Below are positions 18,116 to 27,783 of a stretch of DNA of 43,948 nt, piece after piece. Positions within the stretch are counted from its first letter, which is position 1, and each line of letters starts with the position of its first letter. The position numbers and the translations under genes are program-made. The stretch lies in sequence record SRR2962707_3714; one strand, given 5' to 3'. The notes below the pieces were generated by a model that searched no databases, was not told the DNA's origin, and was given only the letters and a program-made list of their open reading frames with translations.

Positions 18116-19032
18116 GTGTGATCTACGAAAAAGTCGCACTGATCGGTCTTGGGCTGATTGCCTCTTCCATGTTTTGGGCAACCAAGCGGGCAGGGCTTGT
18201 CAGCGAAGTCCGTGGCTACGCCCGATCTTCTGAAACGCGTGACACCGCCCGTCGGATCGGATTGTGCGATGTTGTTTGCGAGAGTGCGGTCGAAGCAGTC
18301 AAAGATGCGGATCTTGTTGTTTTGGCTGTGCCCGTCGGAGCAATGGGCGCCGTCGCCGCCGAGATTGGCAAGCATCTTAAACCGGGGTGCACCGTTACAG
18401 ATGTAGGCTCGGTCAAGCGGACTGTCATTGACGAGGTTCAGCCGCACCTGCCCGAAAACGTTCACTTTGTACCGGGGCATCCACTTGCTGGGACCGAACA
18501 TTCAGGTCCAGAGGCAGGGTTTGCTTCGCTCTTTGACAACCGCTGGTGCTTGCTCGTACCGGTAGAAGGCTCAAATCTGGAAGCCGTGCAAACCTTGCGC
18601 AGCTATTGGCAGGGGATGGGGGCGAATGTCGAAGAGATGGACGCCGAGCATCATGATCTTGTTTTGGCTGTGACCAGTCACACACCGCACCTTATTGCTT
18701 ATACCATGGTTGGTGTGGCGGATGATCTTCGTCGTGTGACCGATAGCGAAGTGATCAAATATTCCGCCGCGGGTTTCCGTGACTTTACTAGGATCGCAGC
18801 GTCAGACCCGACGATGTGGCGCGACGTGTTTCTGAACAACAAAGAGGCGACCCTGGAAATTCTGGGCCGCTTCACGGAAGAGCTATTTGCTTTGCAGCGC
18901 GCAATCCGTACCGGCGACGGCGATCATCTGCACGAATATTTTGATCGGACTCGCGCCATTCGACGTGGTATTATTGAAGCCGGACAGGACACGGACGCTC
19001 CGGATTTCGGGCGAGCCAAACTGGAGACGTAA
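18112..19032 (+). CDS. tyrC: Prephenate/arogenate (cyclohexadienyl) dehydrogenase
   Basis: [50 protein letters not shown]. Confidence 0.95.
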   Translation: MSVIYEKVALIGLGLIASSMFWATKRAGLVSEVRGYARSSETRDTARRIGLCDVVCESAVEAVKDADLVVLAVPVGAMGAVAAEIGKHLKPGCTVTDVGSVKRTVIDEVQPHLPENVHFVPGHPLAGTEHSGPEAGFASLFDNRWCLLVPVEGSNLEAVQTLRSYWQGMGANVEEMDAEHHDLVLAVTSHTPHLIAYTMVGVADDLRRVTDSEVIKYSAAGFRDFTRIAASDPTMWRDVFLNNKEATLEILGRFTEELFALQRAIRTGDGDHLHEYFDRTRAIRRGIIEAGQDTDAPDFGRAKLET

Positions 19033-19904
19033 TGCGATTGATCCTCTCGGCGGTTGTCGCCATGAGCTTGGTAAGCCCCGCGCTGGCATTGCCGCCTGAA
19101 ACATCATTGCGCCCTGTTGTGCGCGCGAGTGTCGGTTTGGTTGCGACCCTTTCAACGCAATCGGCGGCGCGTGTCAGGCCTCAAATGCGACCAAGTGAGT
19201 TAGTTGAGGCGTTGCGAAGCTTTGACATACCTCAGGCCATCACGTCGGACGATCTCGCGGCGAATACATCTGGTGTCGCCGTTTCGGCGGCTTCGATGGG
19301 GCATACACGCTCTTTGCGCCCAATGATGCGCCCGAAGGCTGTTATCGAAAAAGCCATGGCCAAACGGCGGGCTAAGACCAAGGGGAAAGTTTGCGGAGAT
19401 CGCAAATTGCAGGGCGAAATCATTGGCTATGTCCCCGGAAAAATCTCGGGATGTGGTATCGAGAATGCTGTGTTGTTGAAGTCTGTTTCAGGTATTCCGC
19501 TCAGCCAGCCTGCTATGATTGATTGCCCGACTGCCAAGGCTCTGAAAACCTGGGTGAACAAGGGCATGTCCCCTGCTGTCGGAACGCGGGGCGGAGGTGT
19601 TAAAGAGATCAAGGTCGTGGCGCATTACGCTTGTCGGACACGCAACAACCAAGTGGGCGCCAAAATTTCTGAACATGGTCGCGGGCGTGCAATTGATATC
19701 GCCGGGTTTCGTCTGAAGGACGGATCAGAGATCACCGTTCTAAAAGACTGGGGAAGCGGCGCCTATGGTCGGGTGCTTAAGAAGATGCACAAAGCCGCCT
19801 GCGGGACGTTTGGCACGGTTCTTGGCCCCGAATCAGATCGGTTTCACAAAGACCATTTCCATTTTGACACGGCGCGATACCGCAGCGGATCTTATTGCAG
19901 GTAA
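19032..19904 (+). CDS. Extensin-like C-terminal domain protein (secreted)
   Basis: Signal peptide, SLRP repeats, HYACR, SEHGRGRAIDI, CGTFGTVLGP..D..H.DHFHFD. Confidence 0.9.
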   Translation: MRLILSAVVAMSLVSPALALPPETSLRPVVRASVGLVATLSTQSAARVRPQMRPSELVEALRSFDIPQAITSDDLAANTSGVAVSAASMGHTRSLRPMMRPKAVIEKAMAKRRAKTKGKVCGDRKLQGEIIGYVPGKISGCGIENAVLLKSVSGIPLSQPAMIDCPTAKALKTWVNKGMSPAVGTRGGGVKEIKVVAHYACRTRNNQVGAKISEHGRGRAIDIAGFRLKDGSEITVLKDWGSGAYGRVLKKMHKAACGTFGTVLGPESDRFHKDHFHFDTARYRSGSYCR

Positions 19905-19923
19905 GCGCCTTTGCGCTAACCTA

Positions 19924-21105
19924 TCACACCTGAGTGAGATAAGCGGCGGCGTGTTTGCCCGCCCAACGACCTGTCGCGAAACAGGCTGTCAGTAAATAAC
20001 CTCCTGTTGGGGCTTCCCAATCCAGCATTTCTCCGGCGCAGAACACTCCAGGACGCTCGATCAGCATGAATTCCTTGGTTAAGGCGTCAAGCGAAACACC
20101 GCCGGCGGTTGAAATGGCTTCGTCGATTGGCCGCAATCCCTGATGTGGCACAGGCAGGTGTTTGATGACATTCGCAAGAGCAGCGGGATCACGAGGCAAC
20201 GGGTGGGCGCACTCCATCAAAATGGCCAAAGCTTGTGGCGAGGCCTTTAGGGCCTTTCGCAAATAATTCGAGAGGCTTTGCTTTCCGCGTGGTTTTGCCA
20301 AGCGGGTCGTCAGAGTAGCCAGGTCCAGATTCGGGGCCAAATCCAGATGCAGTTCGCCGCCGTTACGCAATGCGGGACTAAGGCTATAGAGACCGCCGCC
20401 TTCAAGGCCACGTGCCGAAATCACCACTTCGCCACGGGATTCGATGGTTTTGCTGGTCAGGGAAATATTCTTCAGAGGTTTCCCGAAATGGCGCTCGATA
20501 TGAGCAGACCATGCGACGTTCAACCCGGCGTTCGCCGGGGCAAATGGGGTAAGCGAGATCTGATGTTCTTTGAAAATGTCGGCCCAAGCGCCGTCGGACC
20601 CAAGTCGTGACCAGCTTGCGCCGCCTAAGGCGAGTACCGTGACTTTTGGTGTCAGGGCGCGGGCCCCTTCAGGTGTGTCAAATGTTGCTGCGTTCCCGGC
20701 CCAACCAGTCCAGCGCCATCGGACATGGCGCTCTAGCCCCAATTGATCCAAGCGCGCCAACCACGCCCTTAACAATGGCGAGGCCTTCATAACTGTTGGA
20801 AACACACGGCCAGTCGATCCTGTGAAAGTTGTCTGCCCCAATTCTTCGCTCCACCGAACAACAGAATCAGCGTTAAACGATTGGAGAACCGGGTGGAGCG
20901 TCGAAGCAGCCTCGCCATACCGTGCCAGAAAGGATTCAAATTCTTCTGCTTTGGTCAAATTCAAACCGGATTTTCCGGCCATAAGGAATTTGCGGCCGAA
21001 AGAGGGTTTCGACTCGACCAAACAAACCGAGTGTCCTGCTTGCAGCAACATCTCTGCCGCCATGAGGCCAGCGGGTCCGCCGCCAATCACCAATGCATCA
21101 GCCAA
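19924..21105 (-). CDS. TIGR03862 / HI0933-like flavoprotein
   Basis: IGGGPAGLMAA, GRKFLMAGKSGLNLT, AISTAGGV, GEMLDWEAPTGGYLLT. Confidence 0.92.
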   Translation of the reverse strand: MADALVIGGGPAGLMAAEMLLQAGHSVCLVESKPSFGRKFLMAGKSGLNLTKAEEFESFLARYGEAASTLHPVLQSFNADSVVRWSEELGQTTFTGSTGRVFPTVMKASPLLRAWLARLDQLGLERHVRWRWTGWAGNAATFDTPEGARALTPKVTVLALGGASWSRLGSDGAWADIFKEHQISLTPFAPANAGLNVAWSAHIERHFGKPLKNISLTSKTIESRGEVVISARGLEGGGLYSLSPALRNGGELHLDLAPNLDLATLTTRLAKPRGKQSLSNYLRKALKASPQALAILMECAHPLPRDPAALANVIKHLPVPHQGLRPIDEAISTAGGVSLDALTKEFMLIERPGVFCAGEMLDWEAPTGGYLLTACFATGRWAGKHAAAYLTQV

Positions 21106-21316
21106 GTTTCAATTCCGTCTTATTTAAAGGAGAGCAGTGTTAGACACTCTTGAGTTCATATGGCGCGTTTGTCCCTCATGTCGAGAGGATGCAGGTGATG
21201 CAAGGGGCGTGTTGCAGTGACCAAAACTCGTTGCGGACTATTCATCGGTCAAAAACCAATTGGCCCGGCCCGAAAAGCAGGCTTATAAGTGGTCATATCA
21301 ACAAAATGTTTGCATC

Positions 21317-22576
21317 ATGAAAATCTTACTCATCCACCAGAATTTTCCAGGACAGTATAAGCACCTGGCCCCCGTACTTGCGCATCAAGGCCATGAGGTT
21401 GTTGCTTTGACTCCAAAAGTCAAAAAACAAGCGAAGTGGAATGGCGTGAATATTTTGCCCTACGTCATCCAAGGGCGGAGCTCGACGGATATTCATCCTT
21501 GGTTATTGGATTTTGAAACCAAGATTCTACGCGGTCAAAGCTGCTACAAGGCGGCAGTGGTGTTAAAGAAGCAGGGGTTTTCCCCTGACGTGATTTTGGC
21601 GCACCATGGTTGGGGCGAAAGCCTTTTCCTGAAAGACGTTTGGCCAGATGCCCGGATGGGCCTCTATTGCGAGTTGTACCACTTGACCAGCTATCCGTTT
21701 GCAGACTTCGACCCAGAGTTCCCATCCAATGCCCCGGAAGCCGACAGATTTCGGATCAGGATGAAGAACTTGAACAACAGGTTGCATGAAGAGGTTATGG
21801 ACTCCGGGATCAGTCCCACCCAATTTCAGGCGTCGACTTTTCCGGACAAGTACCAAGACCGTCTGACCGTTTCGCATGATGGAGTGAATACAAAATTGGT
21901 GGTGCCGAATCCTGATGCCACGCTAGAGGTGACAGACGGAAAGATCCTGTCACGGGACGATGAGGTCGTCACTTTTATCAATCGCAATCTAGAGCCGTAT
22001 CGCGGCTACCACATCTTTATGCGTGCTTTGCCGGAACTGCTGAAACGACGTCCAAATGCTCAGGTGGTTTTGCTTGGCGGCGACGAAGTCAGCTATGGTG
22101 CCAAGGCCCCGAAGGGCAAAACCTGGAAGCAAATCTATATAGATGAAGTGCGGTCTCAGATTTCTGACGAAGATTGGAAGCGTGTGCACTATCTGGGGCG
22201 CGTGCCCTACAACCGATTCTTGGCGCTGATGCAGGTCAGTCGGGTTCATGTCTATTTGACCTACCCGTTTGTGCTTTCCTGGTCTTTGCTAGAGGCCATG
22301 AGCGCAGAATGCGCGATTGTGGCCAGTGACACTGCCCCGGTGAAAGAAGCGTTGAAAGATCAGGAAACCGGTCTCTTGATCGACTTCTTTGATAAAGAGG
22401 CCATCGTCGAAAAGGTCTGTACCTTGCTTGATGATCCAGAATTGCGGAAAAAACTTGGACAAGCGGCGCGGAAATTTGTTCAGGAGCGGTATGATTTGCA
22501 GACCGTCTGCCTGCCAGCACAATTGAAATGGGTCAGCGATCTTTCGACCCTGACCCCCATACATCCAATTGATTGA
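21317..22576 (+). CDS. Glycosyltransferase family 4 (GT-B, Glyco_trans_4_3-type N-terminus)
   Basis: HQNFPGQY, HHGWGE, RNLEPYRG, YLTYPFVLSWSLLEAM. Confidence 0.92.
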   Translation: MKILLIHQNFPGQYKHLAPVLAHQGHEVVALTPKVKKQAKWNGVNILPYVIQGRSSTDIHPWLLDFETKILRGQSCYKAAVVLKKQGFSPDVILAHHGWGESLFLKDVWPDARMGLYCELYHLTSYPFADFDPEFPSNAPEADRFRIRMKNLNNRLHEEVMDSGISPTQFQASTFPDKYQDRLTVSHDGVNTKLVVPNPDATLEVTDGKILSRDDEVVTFINRNLEPYRGYHIFMRALPELLKRRPNAQVVLLGGDEVSYGAKAPKGKTWKQIYIDEVRSQISDEDWKRVHYLGRVPYNRFLALMQVSRVHVYLTYPFVLSWSLLEAMSAECAIVASDTAPVKEALKDQETGLLIDFFDKEAIVEKVCTLLDDPELRKKLGQAARKFVQERYDLQTVCLPAQLKWVSDLSTLTPIHPID

Positions 22577-22592
22577 TGCCGTTGCCGAGCTC

Positions 22593-23072
22593 TTAAAGGC
22601 GCTTGTCTTGGGCCCGTAGCTGGCGGGCCCTTGTCAGGATGGCATCTTCCAATGCGTGGGTCGTGGCGGCGCTGGTCGGGCCAGACCGGGTCAGAAGGGC
22701 GATATTAAGGGATCGCGCATCCAAAGCTGGGTCTGATACGTAAATGGTGGCGCGATAGGCCTTTCCACCGCCGGGAGGCGTGCCGTATCCGGTTGAAATA
22801 ACGCCCGTAAACGGATCCACGCTTTGGATGGGCAAAAAGTCCAACACTTCCAGCGAAGCATTCCATATGTATTTGTTCACGGCACCGAGTTGGCCGAAAT
22901 CTTTGCGGGGGACGAAAAGGTCACGCAAAGAGGAGCCTGATTTCCCTTCGAGCCGGAGCGCACGCTCGGCCTTTTCTTCTTCGGTTAAAGAATCGGATTG
23001 GCCACCACAGGACGCGACAATCAATGCGATTCCGCAAAACGATGCGATCTTGGTAATTTGCGAAAGCTTCAA
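22593..23072 (-). CDS. DUF3576 family lipoprotein
   Basis: Lipobox VASC; VNKYIWNASLEVLDFLP..SVDPFTGVI; LEDAILTRARQLR. Confidence 0.88.
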   Translation of the reverse strand: MKLSQITKIASFCGIALIVASCGGQSDSLTEEEKAERALRLEGKSGSSLRDLFVPRKDFGQLGAVNKYIWNASLEVLDFLPIQSVDPFTGVISTGYGTPPGGGKAYRATIYVSDPALDARSLNIALLTRSGPTSAATTHALEDAILTRARQLRAQDKRL

Positions 23073-23335
23073 TGTCGTCTCCTGCCATCTTTAAGACACT
23101 GTACAATTCAATAACTGGGGACAGCCTTAACGACAAGTCAGAGATTTAAGGGCAATGCCGCGATTCAAAGCCGCCAGGTGCTAAGGTCTTGTGGTAATTG
23201 CGCATCACTGATTGGCTTGTTGCATCACCGAATTGTCGTTTGCTTGCAATGGAGGGGGGCGAAGGAGCATAGAAGCTTACAGCTGACCCGGGGCATCCGG
23301 GCTGGTACGTGCCTTACGAACACATGAGGGAAACA

Positions 23336-24163
23336 ATGAAAAGCATTATTCTTGCAACCACTGCACTGGTCGCATCCGCTGGCATCGCAGCCGCTGGCGA
23401 AATCACTCTGAACGCTGGCGCCAACTTTGGTGTCAAATATATGGGTGGACCAGACACAACAACTGTACACAACGAGCTGGACTTCGGTATCTCCGCGACA
23501 GGCGAATCCGACGGTGGCGTTGCATTCGGTGCAAGCGTTGATCTGGACACAAACAGTGACGAGCAGGTTGTAACCAGCTCCTTCGGCGATCCAGAAGCGT
23601 TCATCGCTTTCGGTGGTCTGACATTGACTGTTGGTGCGGTTGACGCAGCAGACGATTTCGGCGGCTACGCAGACGTTGGTTATGACGGCATCGGCGTTGA
23701 CGGCGAAATGAAAGCCGGCGGTTCGCACAACGTGAACATCGCTTACTCCGTTTCTGACTACACCTTCTCGGCGTCGACAGGTTCGATGACTGACGACTTC
23801 GCACTTGGTTTCCAAGGCGCAGCTGGCCCAGTATCCTTCAAAATCGGTTACAACAGCAACAACACAACTTCGACAGACGTAACTCACCTGACTTTGGGTT
23901 ATTCTTCGGGTGACGTTTCTACACACGTCTATGTTGAATCTGTTGATGCCGCGACTGACGCGACAAACTACGGCTTGGACGTAATCTACAGCATGAACGC
24001 GATGACAATCACGTTCGCAGCTGCTGATGGCGACAGCTTCGCAGAAGCCAACTACGGTATCGGCGCTTCTTACGACCTTGGTGGCGGCCTGGCCGTTGCT
24101 GGTGGTGTTGGTAAAGTTGCCGGCAACACAAACGCCGACTTCGGTGTGACAATGAGCTTCTAA
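23336..24163 (+). CDS. Outer-membrane porin (Rhodobacter type)
   Basis: Signal peptide MKSIILATTALVASAGIAAA, GASYDLGGG, terminal ADFGVTMSF. Confidence 0.95.
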   Translation: MKSIILATTALVASAGIAAAGEITLNAGANFGVKYMGGPDTTTVHNELDFGISATGESDGGVAFGASVDLDTNSDEQVVTSSFGDPEAFIAFGGLTLTVGAVDAADDFGGYADVGYDGIGVDGEMKAGGSHNVNIAYSVSDYTFSASTGSMTDDFALGFQGAAGPVSFKIGYNSNNTTSTDVTHLTLGYSSGDVSTHVYVESVDAATDATNYGLDVIYSMNAMTITFAAADGDSFAEANYGIGASYDLGGGLAVAGGVGKVAGNTNADFGVTMSF

Positions 24164-24190
24164 TTAATCCCTACGGATTAATTGTTCTGG

Positions 24191-24222
24191 AGAGCGGGCC
24201 TTGTGCCCGCTCTTTTCTTTTT
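24191..24222 (+). terminator. Terminator after porin
   Basis: AGAGCGGGC-cttgt-GCCCGCTCT plus T-run. Confidence 0.88.
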
Positions 24223-24305
24223 TGCGGTTCGGTTTTTATTGCCTTGAACCCAACGGCCTGTCGGATACATCGTGATGCATCTGAAATCTTGCAAGAGGTG
24301 CTTTG

Positions 24306-24959
24306 ATGGGCCTGTCTGACATCACGCAACGTATTTCCAAGGCTTGCAGTGCCGCTGGCCGGGCGGAAAACACTGTCGCACTCATTGCGGTTTCAAAAGT
24401 GCAGCCAAATGAGCGAGTTGAAGCTGTGCTACAGCAAGGGCACCGGCTTTTCGGAGAAAACAAGGTGCAGGAATCGGCCGGTAAATGGCCGGATTTTCAG
24501 ACAAGCTATCCAGATGCCAAGGTTCATTTGATTGGACCGTTGCAAACCAACAAAGCACGGCAAGCGATGGGCTTGTTTGAGGCAATTCATTCCGTTGATC
24601 GCCCCAAGCTGGCCAACACTTTGGCGCGCCTGGCGCAGGAAATGGGCCAGTGCCCCGACCTGTTCTTGCAGGTTAACACAGGTGAGGAACCTCAAAAGGC
24701 GGGGGTTTTGCCGTCAGAGGCTGACGGTTTTATCGCTGAGTGCCGAGGTTTGGATCTTCCGGTCAAGGGGTTGATGTGTATCCCCCCGGTTGAAGAGACC
24801 CCCTCGCTTCATTTTGCGCTGCTTGCAAAGATCGCAGAGCGCAATGGCCTGGCTGGATTGTCTATGGGCATGAGCAGCGATTTCGAACAAGCCATCGCCT
24901 TTGGCGCGACGCATATTCGCGTAGGTTCCGCGATTTTTGGAGAGCGCGTTCCCGGATAA
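24306..24959 (+). CDS. yggS: PLP homeostasis protein YggS/PLPBP
   Basis: LIAVSK, FGENKVQE, HLIGPLQTNK, GLMCIPP, LSMGMSSDF, RVGSAIFG. Confidence 0.96.
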   Translation: MGLSDITQRISKACSAAGRAENTVALIAVSKVQPNERVEAVLQQGHRLFGENKVQESAGKWPDFQTSYPDAKVHLIGPLQTNKARQAMGLFEAIHSVDRPKLANTLARLAQEMGQCPDLFLQVNTGEEPQKAGVLPSEADGFIAECRGLDLPVKGLMCIPPVEETPSLHFALLAKIAERNGLAGLSMGMSSDFEQAIAFGATHIRVGSAIFGERVPG

Positions 24960-25028
24960 TCTACGTTGGATGTGTGAGTTTTCGGTGTTTTTGCGTATTT
25001 TGGAAGAGAAGATGACCGCTGAATTGCC

Positions 25029-25538
25029 TTAAAGGGCGAGGGCAGCCGGTATGATGAGCCGGGTATTGGGTCGGATGCACGCAGCAATGTGTTTCAAATG
25101 ATCTTGTCTAAACGCTACACAGCCCTCTGTCGGCGTGCCGGGGCTACGGCGTTGATGCAGGAATATGGCTGATCCTTTGCCGGGTACGGGGGTTGTCAGA
25201 TTCCAATCGGTGACGAGAATGATGTCATAGAGCGGATCGGATCGGCGTAGCACTTCGTGGCTGTGGGCATAGGGCGCTTTGACCTGTTGATTATAGGCCC
25301 AGTGGTTTTGGTCGTCGGACCAGAGGTCGCGTGGGCGAATTGGCGTCGCCCACGGCGAGGGTCGGGCCATTCTGTCAGGGCGGTAGAACATTTGAACAAT
25401 ACGGTGAATGCCGACGGGTGTTGCGCCATCGCCTTCGCGTTTGTTCGCCACTACACCACCGCGGCCAATCCGGCAGGGAAAATGCCATTGCTGAAATCGT
25501 ACCCCGTTTCTTGTCAGGACCAGATCGTTTGGGGTCAC
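25029..25538 (-). CDS. L,D-transpeptidase (YkuD-like) family protein
   Basis: KREGDGATP, GSAIFLH...TEGCVA; GTGA overlap with ribA. Confidence 0.88.
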   Translation of the reverse strand: MTPNDLVLTRNGVRFQQWHFPCRIGRGGVVANKREGDGATPVGIHRIVQMFYRPDRMARPSPWATPIRPRDLWSDDQNHWAYNQQVKAPYAHSHEVLRRSDPLYDIILVTDWNLTTPVPGKGSAIFLHQRRSPGTPTEGCVAFRQDHLKHIAACIRPNTRLIIPAALAL

Positions 25539-26626
25539 AAAAGATGTCCGGATTTTCGCGCTTTGGTCGCCAAATATTGCTCATTATGCGCATTAACGCC
25601 GACTTTGAGCGGGACACGCTCTGTCACTGTGATGCCGCATTTTTCCATCATGGCGATTTTGGCCGGATTGTTTGTGAGCAACCTCGTTGAAGAGAACCCC
25701 ATGCGGCGCAGGATTTCAGACCCGAGGCGAAAATCACGCTCATCGTCTTCGAAGCCCAGTCGATGGTTGGCCTCGACCGTGTCAAAGCCTTGATCCTGCA
25801 GGGAATAGGCGCGCATTTTATTGGCGAGACCGATCCCGCGCCCTTCCTGGTTAAGATAAAGCAGGACGCCTGCGCCTTCTTTGCCCATTTGCGCCAAGGC
25901 CGCATGCAGCTGTGGACCGCAATCGCATTTCAGACTGCCCATTAGATCACCGGTAAAGCAAGCGGAGTGCAGGCGAGCCAGAACGGGTTTCGTTCGGTCG
26001 GGGCGGCCAACTTCCATCGCATAGTGCTCTTCGCCGCCATCTTCGGGCCGAAAAATATGCAGTCTGGTGTTGTCGGCGCGGGTGATCGGCACCCGTGCAG
26101 CGATAATTTCGTTGAGTTGCGTCGCTGCGCTGAGCAATGGCTGTGTGAGCTCGGCATTTAGCTGTGTCAGCCCATGAGCGGCGGCAAATGCAACGCCGTT
26201 TTCAATTGGTGTTACCAGTGCTGCAGGCAGCAAACGGGCGCTCTTGCAGATTTTGATCGCCAAGCGGTGCACGTCTGCATTGCCCTCTCGGCGGGTTATC
26301 AAGGGGCCCTTCATGGGGGTGCGCAGATCGTCTTCGGGATCAGCGAGGCTCTTGAGGCACCGCAGTGTTTCCTGTGGAGAGATGGCAATGCGCGCAATGT
26401 CCCCATCATAGGCCCGTGCTTTTAGAGTCTTGGCGCGATGGTCTGTAACGGCAAGGTCCACATCCTGGTTAAGTGCCATGATATCCGCAAGGCGATCCGC
26501 ACTTAGCGTTTCCCCTGAAAGGATTATGGCGTCGCCGCTGTCGCCAAAAACAACCACGGGTAAGCCCATACGCAAATCAGCTTTTGCGCGGTTTAGAATC
26601 TCGGAGGGGGTTGGCATAAAAGACAT
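25535..26626 (-). CDS. ribA: GTP cyclohydrolase II with degenerate N-terminal DHBP-synthase-like domain
   Basis: RLHSACFTGDLMGSLKCDCG, QEGRGIGL.NK..AY..QD, LLTNNP; start at MSFMPT (approximate). Confidence 0.94.
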   Translation of the reverse strand: MSFMPTPSEILNRAKADLRMGLPVVVFGDSGDAIILSGETLSADRLADIMALNQDVDLAVTDHRAKTLKARAYDGDIARIAISPQETLRCLKSLADPEDDLRTPMKGPLITRREGNADVHRLAIKICKSARLLPAALVTPIENGVAFAAAHGLTQLNAELTQPLLSAATQLNEIIAARVPITRADNTRLHIFRPEDGGEEHYAMEVGRPDRTKPVLARLHSACFTGDLMGSLKCDCGPQLHAALAQMGKEGAGVLLYLNQEGRGIGLANKMRAYSLQDQGFDTVEANHRLGFEDDERDFRLGSEILRRMGFSSTRLLTNNPAKIAMMEKCGITVTERVPLKVGVNAHNEQYLATKARKSGHLL

Positions 26627-26778
26627 TAGGCCCTCATATAACGGCCGACACTGAAACAATTCCACCCTGAAATTGTAACATTTCCGCGTGGCAAACACGA
26701 CGGCGTGAGACTGTTGCAGCATTTCTTGTTCTTCGCGTGGTCAGCTTACATGTATCTCTAAAGCAAGGAGGCTCGAAC

Positions 26779-27465
26779 ATGGCTCAACTAAGAAATTTAC
26801 TACTTGTCGACGATGACGAGGATCTGCGGGAAGCGTTAGCTGAACAGCTCATCATGACCGAAGATTTTGAAGTATTCGAAGCGGACAGTGGGGCAACGGC
26901 CATGTCTCGGGTCAAAGAGCAAATCTATGATCTGGTGATTTTGGATGTCGGCTTGCCAGACACGGATGGGCGTGAGCTGTGTCGTTTGATGCGTAAGCAG
27001 GGTGTGAAATCGCCGATTCTCATGCTGACCGGTCATGACACAGATGCAGATACCATCCTTGGTCTGGATGCCGGGGCCAATGACTATGTCACGAAGCCCT
27101 TCAAATTCCCGGTATTGCTGGCACGGATCCGCGCCCAGCTTCGCCAGCATGAGCAGTCCGAAGATGCTGTGTTCACCTTGGGGCCATATACGTTCAAACC
27201 ATCAATGAAGTTGCTGACCACCGACGAGGATCGGAAGATCCGGCTCACAGAGAAAGAGACAAACATTCTTAAGTTCTTGTACCGATCAACCGACGGCGTG
27301 GTGCCCCGGGACACATTGCTCCACGAAGTTTGGGGATATAATGCTGGCGTCACAACGCACACATTGGAAACGCACATCTACAGGTTGCGCCAGAAAATTG
27401 AACCAGATCCGTCAAATGCGCGCCTTCTTGTGACCGAATCTGGCGGGTATCGTCTGGTATCGTGA
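26779..27465 (+). CDS. cenR: Orphan OmpR-family response regulator; CenR orthologue
   Basis: LLVDDDEDLREALAEQL, DVGLPD, KPF, LTEKETNILKFL, THTLETHIYRLRQKIE; ribA-RR-xth context as in R. sphaeroides; AGGAGG RBS; upstream CTTG...TACATGT RpoH-like promoter. Confidence 0.85.
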   Translation: MAQLRNLLLVDDDEDLREALAEQLIMTEDFEVFEADSGATAMSRVKEQIYDLVILDVGLPDTDGRELCRLMRKQGVKSPILMLTGHDTDADTILGLDAGANDYVTKPFKFPVLLARIRAQLRQHEQSEDAVFTLGPYTFKPSMKLLTTDEDRKIRLTEKETNILKFLYRSTDGVVPRDTLLHEVWGYNAGVTTHTLETHIYRLRQKIEPDPSNARLLVTESGGYRLVS

Positions 27466-27480
27466 GTAATTTCTTTGCGT

Positions 27481-27494
27481 TTGATCGAAATCAA
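27481..27494. promoter_or_regulatory. Perfect FNR/FnrL box TTGAT-N4-ATCAA
   Basis: TTGATcgaaATCAA, 15 bp after the cenR stop. Confidence 0.65.
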
Positions 27495-27529
27495 AGTAGC
27501 ATTGGGTTAACATCTTCAGTGTTCTGAGA

Positions 27530-27602
27530 CCCCGAGCATGTGCGGGTTATCACATGCACCTCCCTGTTGGACTGGCCCGGGCATGCCCCGGGTCTTTTTT
27601 TT
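27530..27602 (+). ncRNA. sorX: SorX-like sRNA in the cenR 3' UTR (5' end approximate)
   Basis: GCATGTG/CACATGC stem, single-stranded anti-SD CCTCCCTGTTGGACT, GC-rich terminator with T-run; same position as R. sphaeroides SorX (3' UTR of the ompR-1/cenR gene). Confidence 0.75.
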
Positions 27603-27783
27603 GCGGGGTGCCTAAAAAAACATCAAATACCCAAGTGACCGCTTAGTTTGTGTACGAATGTTTTCGTGGGCTTGGTTTTTATATGACTCTAACTTGTTCC
27701 TTAACCAATGCGCTGGTGCCTTCAAAACACAAGTCGAAAGGGTCTCAAATAGAGTACTCGACGTGAGAATTGTGAGGGCACAG

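Noticed and set aside
17108-18181. 357-aa antisense ORF
   Set aside because: Shadow of hisC; no motifs, typical of biased codon usage
19032-19380. SLRP/RP repeats in the extensin-like protein
   Set aside because: Common low-complexity linker in roseobacter secreted proteins, not a DNA repeat array
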